Below are positions 1 through 41,100 of a DNA stretch of 64,000 bases, piece by piece. The stretch comes from Rhina ancylostomus (taxonomy: Eukaryota). A program made the position numbers and the translations under genes. Each line of letters starts with the position of its first letter. The stretch's first letter is position 1. The notes below the pieces were generated by a model, which saw only the letters and a program-made list of their open reading frames with translations, was not told the origin of the DNA and ran no database searches. Location of the stretch: NCBI GenBank assembly GCA_030265395.1, contig JARFYF010000063.1, positions 43,092,702-43,156,701 of the forward strand, given 5' to 3'.

Positions 1-254
1 ACAAAAATGTAGCCATTAGAATGAGGGCCACATTAGGTACATTTTCTTCCCCTCTCCCTGAAGATTTGTATATTGCTTTTTGCCTCCACGGTCCAATTTC
101 ACTCTCCAGATAAACTTAAAATTTGTACATAGATTCTTACCAACATGGTCCATTTTCAATCTTCGGATAAACTGGGAAATGGCTTGGGTGACTGCTATAG
201 TACTGAATGTGGCCTGCATAAAGCAACACCAAGAGAACCTCACAACTAGATCCG

Positions 255-534
255 CAGGAAGAAGGAGAAAGAGACGGGGAGCAAGTTACCTGAAATTGGA
301 GAATTCAATATTCATGCCGTTAGGTTGTAGACTACCCAGGCAGAATATAAGGTGCTATTCTTCCAGTTTGCGTTCGGCCTCTCCCTAGCAGTGGAGGAGG
401 CTGAGGATGGACAGGTCGGTGTGGGACTGGGAAGGAGAATTAAAATGGATTGCAACCAGCAACTCCAGGTGGCCATGGAGGACAAACCATGGGTGCTCTG
501 CAAAGCAGTTGCCCAGTCTGCATTTGGTCTCACT
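255..534 (-). mobile_element. Penelope-like retroelement fragment (C-terminus of GIY-YIG endonuclease, degenerate)
   Basis: Minus strand reads ETKCRLGNCFAEH...HFNSPSQSHTDLSIL...KLEE*HLIFCLGSLQPNGMNIEFSNFR*; similar to 22315-22475 and 26317-26540. Confidence 0.8.
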
Positions 535-2564
535 GGTAAGACCTGTGATGGTCTTGGAATAACAAGAAGATTAAATCAGGGAACTATGTGACATGGTAAA
601 AAGACAGTCACCTTAAGGATTGTTGTGGTCTCACTAGAGGCTATGTGGACAAAAATATTCTGGAAAATATCTTGGTGATTTTGTTTCCCAACTTCTGAGG
701 TACAAGAAAGAGGTGCAGAGAAATTTAGGCAGGGCAAGAAAGTTTATTTACTCAGGACAAAATTTAAAAGTACTTAAAAATATAAAAGTCTCAGGTATGG
801 TATTTATTTGACAGCACTGCTTGTCTTTATTTCTGGGTAATTCAGGGAAGGATATTTGTTTTCTTCAATGCACTTCAACAGGTGTTGCAGGAGAGACATA
901 CTAAATAATTGTATGTGAATTTCTGATTGAATGGGCCTGAAAATCTGAATGGACTTTGTAATTCAGGATTCTCTTATGTCCTTATATTAAATGCAAGGGA
1001 CTTTGAGATATTTGTTCACAAAATAGAAAGTGAATTTCTTATTGAAATTGAATGATGGTCCAACATACCATCCACAACTTGAATTTATACAGAATCAGCT
1101 GTTCCAGAGAGAACCACTGGCTAACAGCACTGCCTAGGTCAGCAAATACCTAATTTCTACAGTTGCTGGATGGAAGTATGGAATACGCTGGAGATTGGTT
1201 TCTGGCGCATCTGACCTCCTGCTCTGCCACTGGATTCATTATTGAGTCCAGAGTGTGGTGGGGGGAACTCAACTGTGATGAATTGAGGGGTTGGAGACTA
1301 TTCATATTTTGCGCCTCAGCTCAATGTCAGCCATGTTGTAAGACTCTTTTACTATGGATTGAGATAGTAAAGGTAAGTGTTTTTTTAATGTAATTAATGT
1401 TAATATTCTTGATTAATTATATTCAATTAAATATGTTTTAAGTAAATGAAATAATTTTTAAAGACATTAATTATTTAATATTGGTGGTTAGTATGACCAC
1501 AGAGATTGTTGTAGGGTTGTGGATGAGGCAACTGTGTTTTTTAGGTTGGGACAAATCTGACTCAGTGTTTCATTGGAGTCTTATAAAATATTTCCACATT
1601 TGAAAAGATTAGGCTGAGAAATCAAAGAGGAATGTTTTAAGGGGCCTAAAGCTTCTGAGCTTGAATCCTTTGTAGTTGATGGTATTCCCAACCATAAAAA
1701 TTCTGCTTCCCCTAGAATTGGAGGAGTGCAGATAATTCAGAGCGTTCTGAGGTTGGACGAGATTTCAGAAATAGTGATGAAGTCAGGGAAGGATTTATAA
1801 TCAAGGATGAATATTCTAAAATCAAGTTTTTGCTCTTCTGGAGCCAACATATGTCATCATGCACGGGATGTGCCAGTTAGGTTATGGATAAACCTTAGTT
1901 GCAGAGTGTGGAAGAGGAGGGTCTAATCAGAAGTGCAAAGAATAGGCAAGCCTGGAGGCAACAGAAGTGTGATTGAGGGTTTCATCAGGTGAGATGAAGT
2001 AGAAGTTCAGGTGGAAGTGCAATTGTCTTCTCTTGAAGGAAAGGTGAATGTTAAAGCCCTGGCTTCAATGAGAGGATTGCGCCAGGAATTTTGAAAATCC
2101 TGTTGATGTTTAATTTGGTTCATTGTCATTACTGTCTCCCTGAATCAAGAGTGTGCCGGAGCACCCTAATACATAGTGATTTGATATACAGACTGCCAAA
2201 TATATGGTCAAAACAATGATGTGGATGCTGTAATCTCAGATCTGAGTGCTTCTCCAGTCTTGTAATTGCATGCCAGTGAACACTTCCAATAAATAAGGCT
2301 AGGTGCAAATTGTTAAATATTTCTGTTTTTGTCAGTAGGAGAATGTGGAGATTTGTGGTTATTGTAAACCTCACTGCATTTTGACTTGCCTTCAGAAAAA
2401 CCTTATTTGTAGAATTGGAGGCAAATTCCAGACAGAATATCAGCCATGTAGATAAAAGAGAATCTGACTGGAATAACATACAGTATACTTACAGTCATTG
2501 GCTGGTTCTCTGAATTAGGCCACCACTATTTTAAATAGGAGAATGTGCCCACTCAGAGTCTTGG

Positions 2565-2770
2565 ACACAAGCAGGCCCTTTGCCTGACCAACTCCATGCC
2601 AACCATAAAGCTCTTTCATGCTAATCTTGCAGTGGTCCCATTTTATTCTCCCCATATTTCCATCAAACCTTCCCCCAGATTCTACCATTTAGCAACTCAC
2701 TATTTTTGGGATGTAGGATAAAACCAGAGCACCTAGAAGAAACCTACACAATCTCAGGGAGAACACAGTC
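2565..2770 (-). mobile_element. V-SINE fragment
   Basis: Reverse complement of the V-domain (TTTGGGATGTAGGATAAAACCAGAGCACCTAGAAGAAACC) and of the tail (CAGGCCCTTT). Confidence 0.55.
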
Positions 2771-5286
2771 TTTTTATTCTCACCAGATCTTACACAAAAC
2801 ACGATATACTGTATATCACATGCCATTTAATCACTACTTAAAGGAAAACCCAGCCTTTCCAATGCAGACCCCATTTCTCTCTGGACCAATTAGTTCAACA
2901 ATTAATTGTTGCCTCCAGACATTATCTGTGCAAGTCATTGAGCTGAACTTTAACTCTCAAAAATACATGAGTTGGTATTGTGTGAGAGATTAAGGTTCAA
3001 AAAGTCTGATGCAGAAAAAGAACCAATCGAGGACATAGCCATTTCTGATTTAAATGGAAATCAATCTACTTGCAGGTAGATGTTATAAATATAACAAGAA
3101 AACTGCCTGCCTTAATTTTAACACTTATGTTGTCATGTTTCCCAGTGCTTGGGAAATTTGGCAACAGAAATGAGTTAAAAACCACCTTCACCCACACAGT
3201 TTTTTTTCAGGACTCCTAGTTCCAAGAATATGTACAAAGTGTTTTCAAATTGAATAAAGTGACTACATTACAACAAGGTGTAGAACAAATTTGTTCTAGT
3301 CTTGTCTATGCACAGAAAATGACACCACTGTATGTATTGCCATCATTTATCCAACATCAGTGTTCCAACCTAAGTTGTCAAAGCTACTATCTTTACAGAA
3401 GCTAGATAAATGATACAATTTTTTAAGACTACTATGCAAATAATGAGAAGAGTATTTAGGATCTTTATAAAGATTTTAGTGTTATGTCACAGCCATGGAA
3501 AACTTAGTTGTACATTCAAATTTTGTTAAGACATTCATTAATACATTCCTAGAAATAACATTAACTTAGAGGCTCAATCTTAGTTGCAGAGTATGCACAA
3601 GTGGAACCCTGTGGAGCTCCAGAAAGATGAAACCATTTGATTCTAATGATTTAGAGCATGAGGTTACTTTGGAGAGCAGTAAATTACTTCTCCATTTTTC
3701 TCAGAGGAAGAGTGAAGGTTTAGGAATATTTAAAGCAAAGTTTTCCTTAGGAATTGCATCAGCTGTTAGCTACTGCATACAATGGTTATTTGCCACATAG
3801 AAGAATTAATTATTGTACAATACATCCAGGTCAAGCAAGGATGCAGCTATTGATTATGTAATGATTAATAAAGATTGAAATACATTAGCATGTCTTTATC
3901 CTGAAAGGACATTAGATTTTTACCTGGCCATGACAAGAGTTAATGTTTTTCCATTGTATGGATTGATCCTCAAGTAAAATCATTACTGAGCACCATTTAG
4001 CAATTGGCATGTATTTCTGTGTTTTTTCATGCCAAATTGGTTTATAAGCAGGTGTGAAGATGATTACTTGAGATCATCTTCAATGTAGCAATATTGATCA
4101 TTTTGATGAAAAGGGATTGATCCAAATCATTAACCCTGTTTCTATTTTCACAAATATTGCTGACCAGCTAAGTTTTTCTAGCATTTTCTATTTATTTTTC
4201 AAAGTTCCAGTATCTGCAGTATTTTGTGTTTGGAAGCTTTTCAAAACAAAGCTCAGAATAATAAGTGCTTATGCTCTTCCTGCAGGAAGATTACCCAGAG
4301 CATCTCACAGGAATACATTAAACCAAAAAGTGATACCAAGACAAAACAGAGATTAGAGCAGGTGATGCTGGAGCATAGAGCTAAATTTTAGGTAGAGTTT
4401 TAAATGAAGAGAAACAGATAGAAGACATAGAGGCATACAGAAGCTCTAGAGCCTTAAAAATAGCTGAAGATACAGCTAGTGGTGATGGGATGAAGGAAGC
4501 GACAAATGAACAAGAATCCAGAGCTGGAGGAACATAGGGCACCTTGAGGGTTGGATGAGGTTACAGAAGAGGGAGAATCAAAATCATGGAGAAGTTTCAA
4601 TGTGGAGGCAGGAATTTTAAAATTGAGATATAAGCAGACCAGGACCCACGTAAACAGGAATAATGATTCAGCAGGACTCAATAAATTATAATATGGCATG
4701 AGAGACTTGGATAAGTTCAGGTTTACAAAGGGTGGGAAGTCATCCAGTAAACAATTAGGATAATCTGAAAGTAATAAAAATACGGATGAAGAATTCCGCT
4801 TCAGGGGTACACATAAGTTCATAAACTCCCAGCTACTTTAATACAACTTTAGTGTACTTTTTATCATGGAGGTTGAATTAATAAATGAACGAGGAAGAAT
4901 GTTGAACTGCCGGACTTTGATATGTTCATACTTGTGCTTTGAAAGAAGTTCATTCTTCACATGGCAGTCTCCTTGCAGTCTGCTTTTTGTTCCACTTTCT
5001 TACCTTGCATAGCTTGGTCCTTAGTGTCTTACCTTTTCAAGCTCCTAAAGTTGCTTGCGTACTGTGGTTATAATATCAAAGTATGCAGTAAACGAAGGCT
5101 TTATGTGGGGAGATTATCTGTTCGTACAGAATTAAATAATATTGAACAGATAGNNNNNNNNNNNNNNNNNNNNNNNNNNNNNNNNNNNNNNNNNNNNNNN
5201 NNNNNNNNNNNNNNNNNNNNNNNNNNNNNNNNNNNNNNNNNNNNNNNNNNNNNNNNNNNNNNNNNNNNNNATATAATGCTTTGTAG

Positions 5287-33188
<27,902 letters not shown>

Positions 33189-33982
33189 TAATTCTGCTGT
33201 GAAATACTGCAGTTAGAAACTCTTCAATTTGCCTTGAGTCAAAAACAGATTTATAATTATCTGTTGGCAATTTGTTTCATACTTTTATTTGTAATAATTA
33301 CATTGTTAAGAAAGTGATATAGCTCAGTATAAATTCAAAACTTGAATCAAAAATAATTTAAGTTCTGTATATGAAACTATTTAAGCCAGCTTCTCTGCCA
33401 ATACATTGGGGAGTTAGAATGGCCTTCATTAATCTGTGCTTTATCTGGGCTTTAAACTTGCTTAAGTTTCCAGCTTTCTGCTACTAGCTTTTGAAAAAAT
33501 GATATATTTAAAGGCTGATTGCAGACTTCCCTCCCCCACCCGAGTTCATGATCTTTCCACACTTCTGTTGGATTCACTGTTTATATTTAGGAGCAGAAAA
33601 GCTTAACATTGTATAAGCGTGTGACAGATGCAAAAAGGGATCGAAATGATGCTGATTTTCAGAAGCAAAAAAAAGCCAAAGAAATGTCTCAGATTTATCC
33701 ACACAGATGTAACCATTTCTGTATGGCCCTGAAGCTTAATAAGTCTTTGAAGCCTAACATCTGAAATCACTCATGATCGACAAATGAAATAATGTACTTT
33801 TCACTACAGTTTGTAGTTGTATTTAAGGGTGTAATGGAGTATGTATGTATTTCATTAAATGATGTTTGAGTTTGCAGTGTCTATTGACACTGCATTACGA
33901 GTATTGTGTTTTGGTGTAAAACCTATGCAGAATTACAAGCTTTGTGAAGATTATTTTGAAATCCTTAAGACCTAAAATTTGA

Positions 33983-33988
33983 AATAAA
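33983..33988 (+). promoter_or_regulatory. Candidate SHCBP1L polyadenylation signal AATAAA
   Basis: First canonical AATAAA noticed about 800 nt after the stop; AT-rich context makes it uncertain. Confidence 0.3.
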
Positions 33989-36819
33989 TCTGCATCAAGC
34001 TAAGTTTAATTGATTTAAAGCTGCCTGATTATATCTATTACTTTTCACACTTAAAAATGCAAGCTACCATAACTGACCAACAGCAGTGATGTTTGAATTC
34101 ACACAATAACTGTTTCTGTAATATCACAGATACACCACAAATGTCAAATGAAACTTAATGATATGAATCCCAGTTTAGAAGAACAAATTTCTCTTAACTC
34201 CTCTGGTAAGAACTGGGCAGTGGTTCCCACTCTTGACTGAATATTACAAAACACATCTGCAGCAGATACTACAGATGATGCCCAGTTTAGCTGAAGATTA
34301 CAATTTCATCATTTTGTTGGCTGTTCATTACCAATTCAATTAAACAAGAACCTTCGTGGAATCTTAAATTAGAGAAGACAAACTACACATCTGCTTAGTT
34401 TACTTAAACAGGATCGAATTATCAGAACATTGTGTATGTCTGTTTCAAAAGTCACTACTCAACCTCTTCAATAAAACTGCTTCAACATCTAATAACTTAT
34501 CAAACTTATGCAGAGCATATTGTCCCTCAGACAGTCCAATTCGTCTATTTTTCTATCCCGCATAATGTTAACTTTGAATCCATCAATGCAGTCCTATTCA
34601 CCTTACAGAGTACATGTTTATTGAAATTAACCCATTCACCCCAAATCCCATCATTGGTAGCAGAAATATCATTTGCTCAGACCACACTTTATGAAATTTA
34701 TTTAATTCTTCACCCCACTCTAAAGACATCAAGTACTGCAAGAGTGTCTGATATAGTTGAGAGTAAAATTCTGCATTTGTTTCTCAAATTATAATTGAAT
34801 GGAAACAAAGATCTATCATGAAGTGATTAACCACCCTTCTGATTAAGAAAGATGGGTTTGGACGGCGGTGGCGGGGGGAAACCATGGAATTATAAGCCCG
34901 TTAGTTACTAGAATCTATAAACGTGGATCAAATAACTAATGAGTACCTTGAAAATTTTCAGTCATTCATTCAATGTGGCTTAAGATTGATGGGTTTCTAC
35001 CTACCCTGTTAAGTTTGCCATGATACAAAGCTGTAAACACTATAAAAGTTAGAATCATAAAGACATAGAAAAATGTTAAGTGCTTGGCAAAATTGTGGCA
35101 AATAAACTTCAGTTTACATAATTCTCGGGTTATCTAGAAGGATAACTTGTTTCTAAATGGTGAAAAGTTGGATGTTGTTGCCATCCAGGGAGACTTGGAA
35201 ATTTACACATGGATGGATCATTAATATGTCAAAATTGGTACAGAAAATAATCAGAAAGGTTATTAAAGTAAGAAACTGCNNNNNNNNNNNNNNNNNNNNN
35301 NNNNNNNNNNNNNNNNNNNNNNNNNNNNNNNNNNNNNNNNNNNNNNNNNNNNNNNNNNNNNNNNNNNNNNNNNNNNNNNTATTGGAAATCCATATACATA
35401 AGCTCTTCCTTTCATCATCTACTAGAATCAAAATATCTCTAGGTCTATGCTTCTCAGAACATAGAGACCCACTTCACTGTGTCTACCCTGATAACTTTGA
35501 TGCTGCAAACAGGAAAGTAAAGCTGTGGCTTTACTTACCTTTTCCAATTCATCACTATCACCCACCTTTAAGGGAAACCAAAATTTATTGTCGACCAGAA
35601 GGTCAACATAGAATATACAAAGTCAAAAAAAAAGAACGCATTGTCTTCTACTGAACCTCTCAAATACACATCATTATCCTCTGCTCGCTACGGCAATGAT
35701 CACAAATCATTTAGGGTCCATACACTAGAATGCCTGGATATTTCCTTCAAACAACTTTTTACTCTGAAGAGTGTCCATATGCTCAGTTGCCTTCATAAGT
35801 AATATTCTATTTTTATTATCTCTTCCATCCCAAAGCTAAACATCACTAGCTAGGCACATTGATTCCCCTGCAGATGTACATCTGCTTAGTGATCATGCCA
35901 AATTTAATTCTGACTGTTCCATGCTTCTAGGTATAATCAGCAAACATGTAATTTGTTCTTCAAACCTAAATATAGATCATTAATGAAATGATAACAGCAA
36001 AGGACCCAAAAACAACCCCTGCATGACTCCACTGATGACCCATTCTGAACCAGGTCCAATCAATATACTAACACTTTTGCCTACAGGAAGCTTTCAGCCC
36101 TGTAGCACTTATTGCCATCAATACCTGAGATTTCAGTCTTCAAGTGGTAAATTTTACGTTAATTAGAATTTCCAAAGCAATCTTTTAGAAAATATCCTTT
36201 AGGTTTCCCTTCAACCATCACTTTGGTGATTCAAAAAAAAACATAATTAGTAACACATTTTTTGCAGTAACGATGGGTGTCCCTGATATATCTGCTCACA
36301 CTCGACGATGGCTTTCTGACTTATTCAAAACTATTTTTCCAATGGCACAACTCAGCAGTGGGTTAAATAGATTTTAATAGTTCTCAACTCTTGGACATGT
36401 GAAATACTTAAGAGCCAATTAATACCTTTGAAGTGCAATCATTAATTTAGTGCAGGAAAATGCAGGTTTCTTTGTGTATAACATGGCCACAAAATCACCA
36501 TTGAAATTCAGAATGAGGAATAAACATTGGCCAAGATAGTAGTGCAAGTGAAAGAACGGAATGCTTACCATATTCCCTTGACTCACTGGCACAGGACTTT
36601 TCACCAGCTAAGTGAATGACTGCAGTAATCTGCAGTTTACAAAACCCATTTATTTTAATCGGAGGTAATAAATTGTCAATGACAATCCTTCCCCTCTTTG
36701 AACTCCTTTCTATAAACTTGTAGCAACATGCTCTTCTGTTGAATTGATCTAAAAATAATAAGCATTAAAGGAGTTTGTTTTCATTTTACTAGGTCTCATT
36801 AATGTTTTTAATGTATTTC

Positions 36820-36857
36820 TTTATTAGGCTAACACAAATCTTTTTCCAACTTTTATT
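36820..36857 (-). promoter_or_regulatory. Candidate DHX9 polyadenylation signals (AATAAA at 36852-36857 and 36820-36825; another at 36649-36654)
   Basis: TTTATT on plus, about 300-340 nt past the DHX9 stop; no transcript evidence. Confidence 0.5.
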
Positions 36858-37162
36858 TCTTCTGCAATACAATGAAAATATGAAGACATTCAAACTTAGC
36901 CATAAGCTCTAAACTTCAATGTGCTTGGAAATTTTAAGTTGGTATTTTAGATATGACACAAGTATATGCCTTCGCTGTAAGATTGCACTTGAAAATGCAC
37001 ACCAAGTATATAAAATATTTGCATCATAACAAATGAAACTAATCACAACATTTGCAATGTACATGCACTGTTGTTTTACTTAACATAATTAATACACAGC
37101 TATGTAACTATCAATGCATACAAGTTGTGCATAAATGCAACTTTTGGTCATCTGCATTTTTT

Positions 37163-38183
37163 CTAGAATACACCTTTGTCTTCATATCCTCCATATCCAC
37201 CACCACCCTGGTTACCACCATACCCACCACCACCTCGGTTACCACCGTATCCACCACCACCCTGGTTACCACTGTACCCACCACCACCCCGGTTACCACC
37301 ATATCCACCACCATCCTGGTTACCACCATATCCACCACCACCCCGGTTACCACCATATCCACCACCACCCTGGTTACCACCATATCCACCACCATCCCGG
37401 TTACCACCATATCCACCACCACCCCGGTTACCACCATATCCACCACCATCCTGGTTACCACTGTATCCACCACCCTGGTTATCACTGTATCTGCCACCAT
37501 CCTGGTTACCACCATATCCACCACCACCCTGATTATTACTGTATCCACCGCCACTCTGGTTACCACCGTACCCACCACCACCCCGGTTACTACCATATCC
37601 ACCACTACTCTGGTTACCACCATACCCACCACCACTCCGGTTATCACCATATCCACCACCACCCCGGTTACCTCCATATCCACCACCACCCTGGTTATCA
37701 CCATATCCACCACTACTCTGGTTACCACCGTACCCACCACCACTCTGGTTATCACTGTATCCACCACCACCCCGGTTACCACCATATCCACCACTACCAC
37801 TATGAGTATCATCACTATTATCACCACCACTCTGGTGGCCACTGTATCCTCCACCTTGATAAGCACCATATCCTCCCCTTCCACCTCTATTTTGGTAGCC
37901 ACCATATCCTCCACCTCCACCACCACTTTGGTAGCCACTGTATCGTTCACCACCACCACTTTGATAGTTGCGGTATCCACCACCTTGGTAATTTCCACCA
38001 CCACCTCCTCCTCTCCCTCCTCCAAAATATCCAGAACTGTAACTGCTACGGGAGCCACTGTAACCATTTCCTCTTCCATAACCACCTCCTCCCCTATAAC
38101 CTGAGCCACGACCACTCCCTCTTCCACCAAATCCTTGATTGTCATAACGTGCCATCTTGGGGGGACGAGGACCATCACCAAAC
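37163..38183 (-). CDS. DHX9: DHX9 last coding exon: nuclear transport motif plus expanded RGG/Gly-Tyr low-complexity tail
   Basis: tacag|G then [14 protein letters not shown]; TAG at 37163-37165; 1021 bp, phase consistent. Confidence 0.95.
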
Positions 38184-41100
38184 CTGTAGAAATAAAATGT
38201 AAATTTCATTAGTTAAATTAATAGCATGGAAAAATTATGAAGGCTAATGAGTTGGTAGGTAATTTTTCTAATTTATATTCTTCTATATCCACTCCAAGGT
38301 ACACCATTCAATCACATCTCTAGGTTGCTGAGAAACAAAAGTGCCACGAATAAGTTGTCATTGTACTGCCATTCTATTACTCATGTAGAAGCTCATCACA
38401 ACCAAAAAATTCAAAAACCTAACCATTAGTTTAGCTTTCCTGTTAACTTCTGCGTACAAATTCCAGAATGTATTTACAACTTCAAATTAATTTTGCTAAC
38501 TAAGCAACAATGAACAAAGTTGGCTGCAACCTGAACTTAAATTCCGGATTGAATGTTTTTGGTTGGACTCATTGGAAGGAATTACAAGGAACTGAGAACA
38601 TCACTGGTGCGGCTGGAGAAGACTCTTAACCACTCTGGTATTTGATATTAATCACAAGTGAAAACAGATTAACAAATCTCTGATGTTGAAATAACCAACA
38701 TTTACCAAACACATTTTGTTAATTTTCAGGACAATTTAGGAACTATTTTATCAATTTGGAGATCGGGAAGCTCCAAATGACTTACTTTGTCCCCAGTTCC
38801 CCCCNNNNNNNNNNCCCCCAACCAAAAACAAATTCTTAATTTTCCTTCTCTGCTTCATCTTCTAAAATTGACAAGCTAAATAATCGCAAAGCAAAAAACA
38901 CAAGTATTAGTGCCTGCCCAAGCAGCCACTCTTCAATAAGAATGTTCAGACAGAAAAATGATAGGGTGTTTGAAGTACATGTAACACGCTATGCTTGTTT
39001 TTTTTTCATACAACATCCACATACAGGATGGCAAAAACAGAAGTGTAACTTATCCAGCTTAAGTGTACAGGTGAAAAAGGTTTATTTGGACATATTACAC
39101 AGTGCTCATGGCAGGTATTGGGGAAGTTTCAGCTGCCTTCAATTAGGATGTCAGGACCACAAAGATGATTTGTTTTAGGATGTTACGGTAGCGCAGTGGG
39201 TAGTGCTACTGCCTTACTACTCCAGCGACCTGAGTCTGATCCTGTTCTTAGGTGCTGACTGTGTGGAATTTGCACAAGGTCCCTGTGACTGCATGGGTTT
39301 CCCCAGGTGCCCTACATTCCTCCCACATCCAAAAGATATGCTGGTTGATAGGTTAGCAGGCTAATGTGTCTGTGAATGGGAAGAAAATTGGGTGGAGCTG
39401 ATGGGAGTGTGAAAGAGGATAGGTTGCAAGGAAGTAAGTTGGGTATTGAGATTGCTCTGTGAGCCGGCATCAACTCAGTGGGAAAAACGCCTCTTGATAC
39501 ATCATAAGAAAACATGAGAAATAATATGAGAAAAAAATCCCTGCTCATTATTTGGAGAGAAGCATTACTGTGTCACATCAGATGTATGAAAAATACTGGA
39601 CAATACCATTATTCCACCCTAGATGGAGTTTCCCCATGCTTGAAGTGGTACAAGTAGGTAGGTGTACAACTGGTAACGCCAGTTTCTGGGGTGGTGGTGG
39701 TGTGGGTTATTGCACCACCCCACTTGGGAGGATATTTGCATGCTAGTTGGTTGGTAAATAACATAAATGGTGTCCCTCTTTGCACAGCTTTCTGAGAGCC
39801 TTTCTGAAAGCTTTACATTGAAGTACTAGAATTCATATCGATCAGATCATAAATTCTAATTTATGAAAACACTGGAACTTCACATTACTGCACTCATTAA
39901 GTATTCTGAAAACCTTAAATGTAGCTCACCTTGTGTTTGCCATAAGATTAATGCCCGCTGCCCCAGGTTTTGAAATATGCCGAATCACATTCAGCAACCG
40001 CTCATGTGTGGGATCCAGTTGCCGTATGAATTCAGGATCCTTAGCAACTTCGACAACCAGTGCCTCCATTCCTGCACGCAAAGCAACAATTGCAGCTGCT
40101 GCATAGTGTGGCATCTTCAACTTTATCCTACGAGGCAAAAATTACTATAAGAATTTNNNNNNNNNNAAGAATTTAAAGCAACCAACATGAAACGGATCGG
40201 AATGGTATGGGTTGCCCTGCAGCTGTCATCCTAGAATCAATAACAGCCAAGAAATAAAATCATACAACAGCAACTAACCACATGCATTGACTGATCAGAA
40301 ACATCTCTTGCTGCATAAACAAAGCTAGAGAACTATTGCTTTACTGCCTTTCTGAGATGGCTACACTACATGTAGATTTTTAGAGTAAAACATGGTTAAC
40401 AAATTAATAAAGCTCTACAATTTGCAATGTAACATTTTAGCATCTTCAGATATTTAGCTGATAAGGTGAGTATCTCATTACATACTGGATAAAATTCAAA
40501 GCTCCACTTTATAATCACTGAATATAAATATCTCAGTACAGAGCAAACTGTACAAAAAAAGGCCCAGATATAAGATTATTCAATTGAAAAATTGGCATCA
40601 AACCAAGGTAAAAGAGAGGCACAAGCAGGAAATGCAGTTAAATATATGATGTAAATGGACTTTTAGAAGTTGTTTGATAAAGTGCTACATAATTGGCTTA
40701 TCAAAAAATTTGAAGCCCATGGCAGAACAGGAGCAGTGGCAGTGTGGATAAAATATGGCCCAAGTAATTAGGAACAGAGTCTTGTGGTAAACAGCATTGT
40801 TTCGATGAGTGATTGGTACTGTGACAACAACAGATATTTAATAGATTCAGACAATATATATCAATATTAATTCTGAAATCTGCAAAAACATAGAACTTGA
40901 AAGTGTTGTGAACTGTGATGAGGATAGTAATTGACTTCAACAGACTGGTTAGTGGAACAGTTGGACACAGAACAAATAAAGCTTATTTCAGGAAAAATAC
41001 AAACTATTTCATTTCCATGAGAAGAATGAGGAGAGCCACCAGAGGGCACAATTCTAAGATACAGGAACCAAAAGATTTGGGAAAATACATGCATAAATCA

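Noticed and set aside
4270-4800. Possible antisense L2 remnants (also about 1700-2060) and a CR1 remnant at about 6300-7080
   Set aside because: Too degraded to assign or bound by eye.
1-5286. Upstream SHCBP1L exons
   Set aside because: No segment matching the expected N-terminal sequence with splice sites was found; ORF 4117..4356 was checked and is unconvincing.
33283-33333. CPE-like TTTTAT and variant poly(A) signal TATAAA in the SHCBP1L 3' UTR
   Set aside because: Expected by chance in AT-rich sequence; no supporting evidence.
37196-37786. CRISPR-like array
   Set aside because: Contiguous coding minisatellite with no unique spacers and no cas genes; eukaryotic context.
37052-38104. Thr-rich mucin-like, Pro-rich extensin-like (37176..37532) and Val-rich (37111..38181) ORFs as separate genes
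   Set aside because: They are alternative frames of the Gly-codon repeat. The DHX9 frame has the splice acceptor, correct phase and conserved motif.
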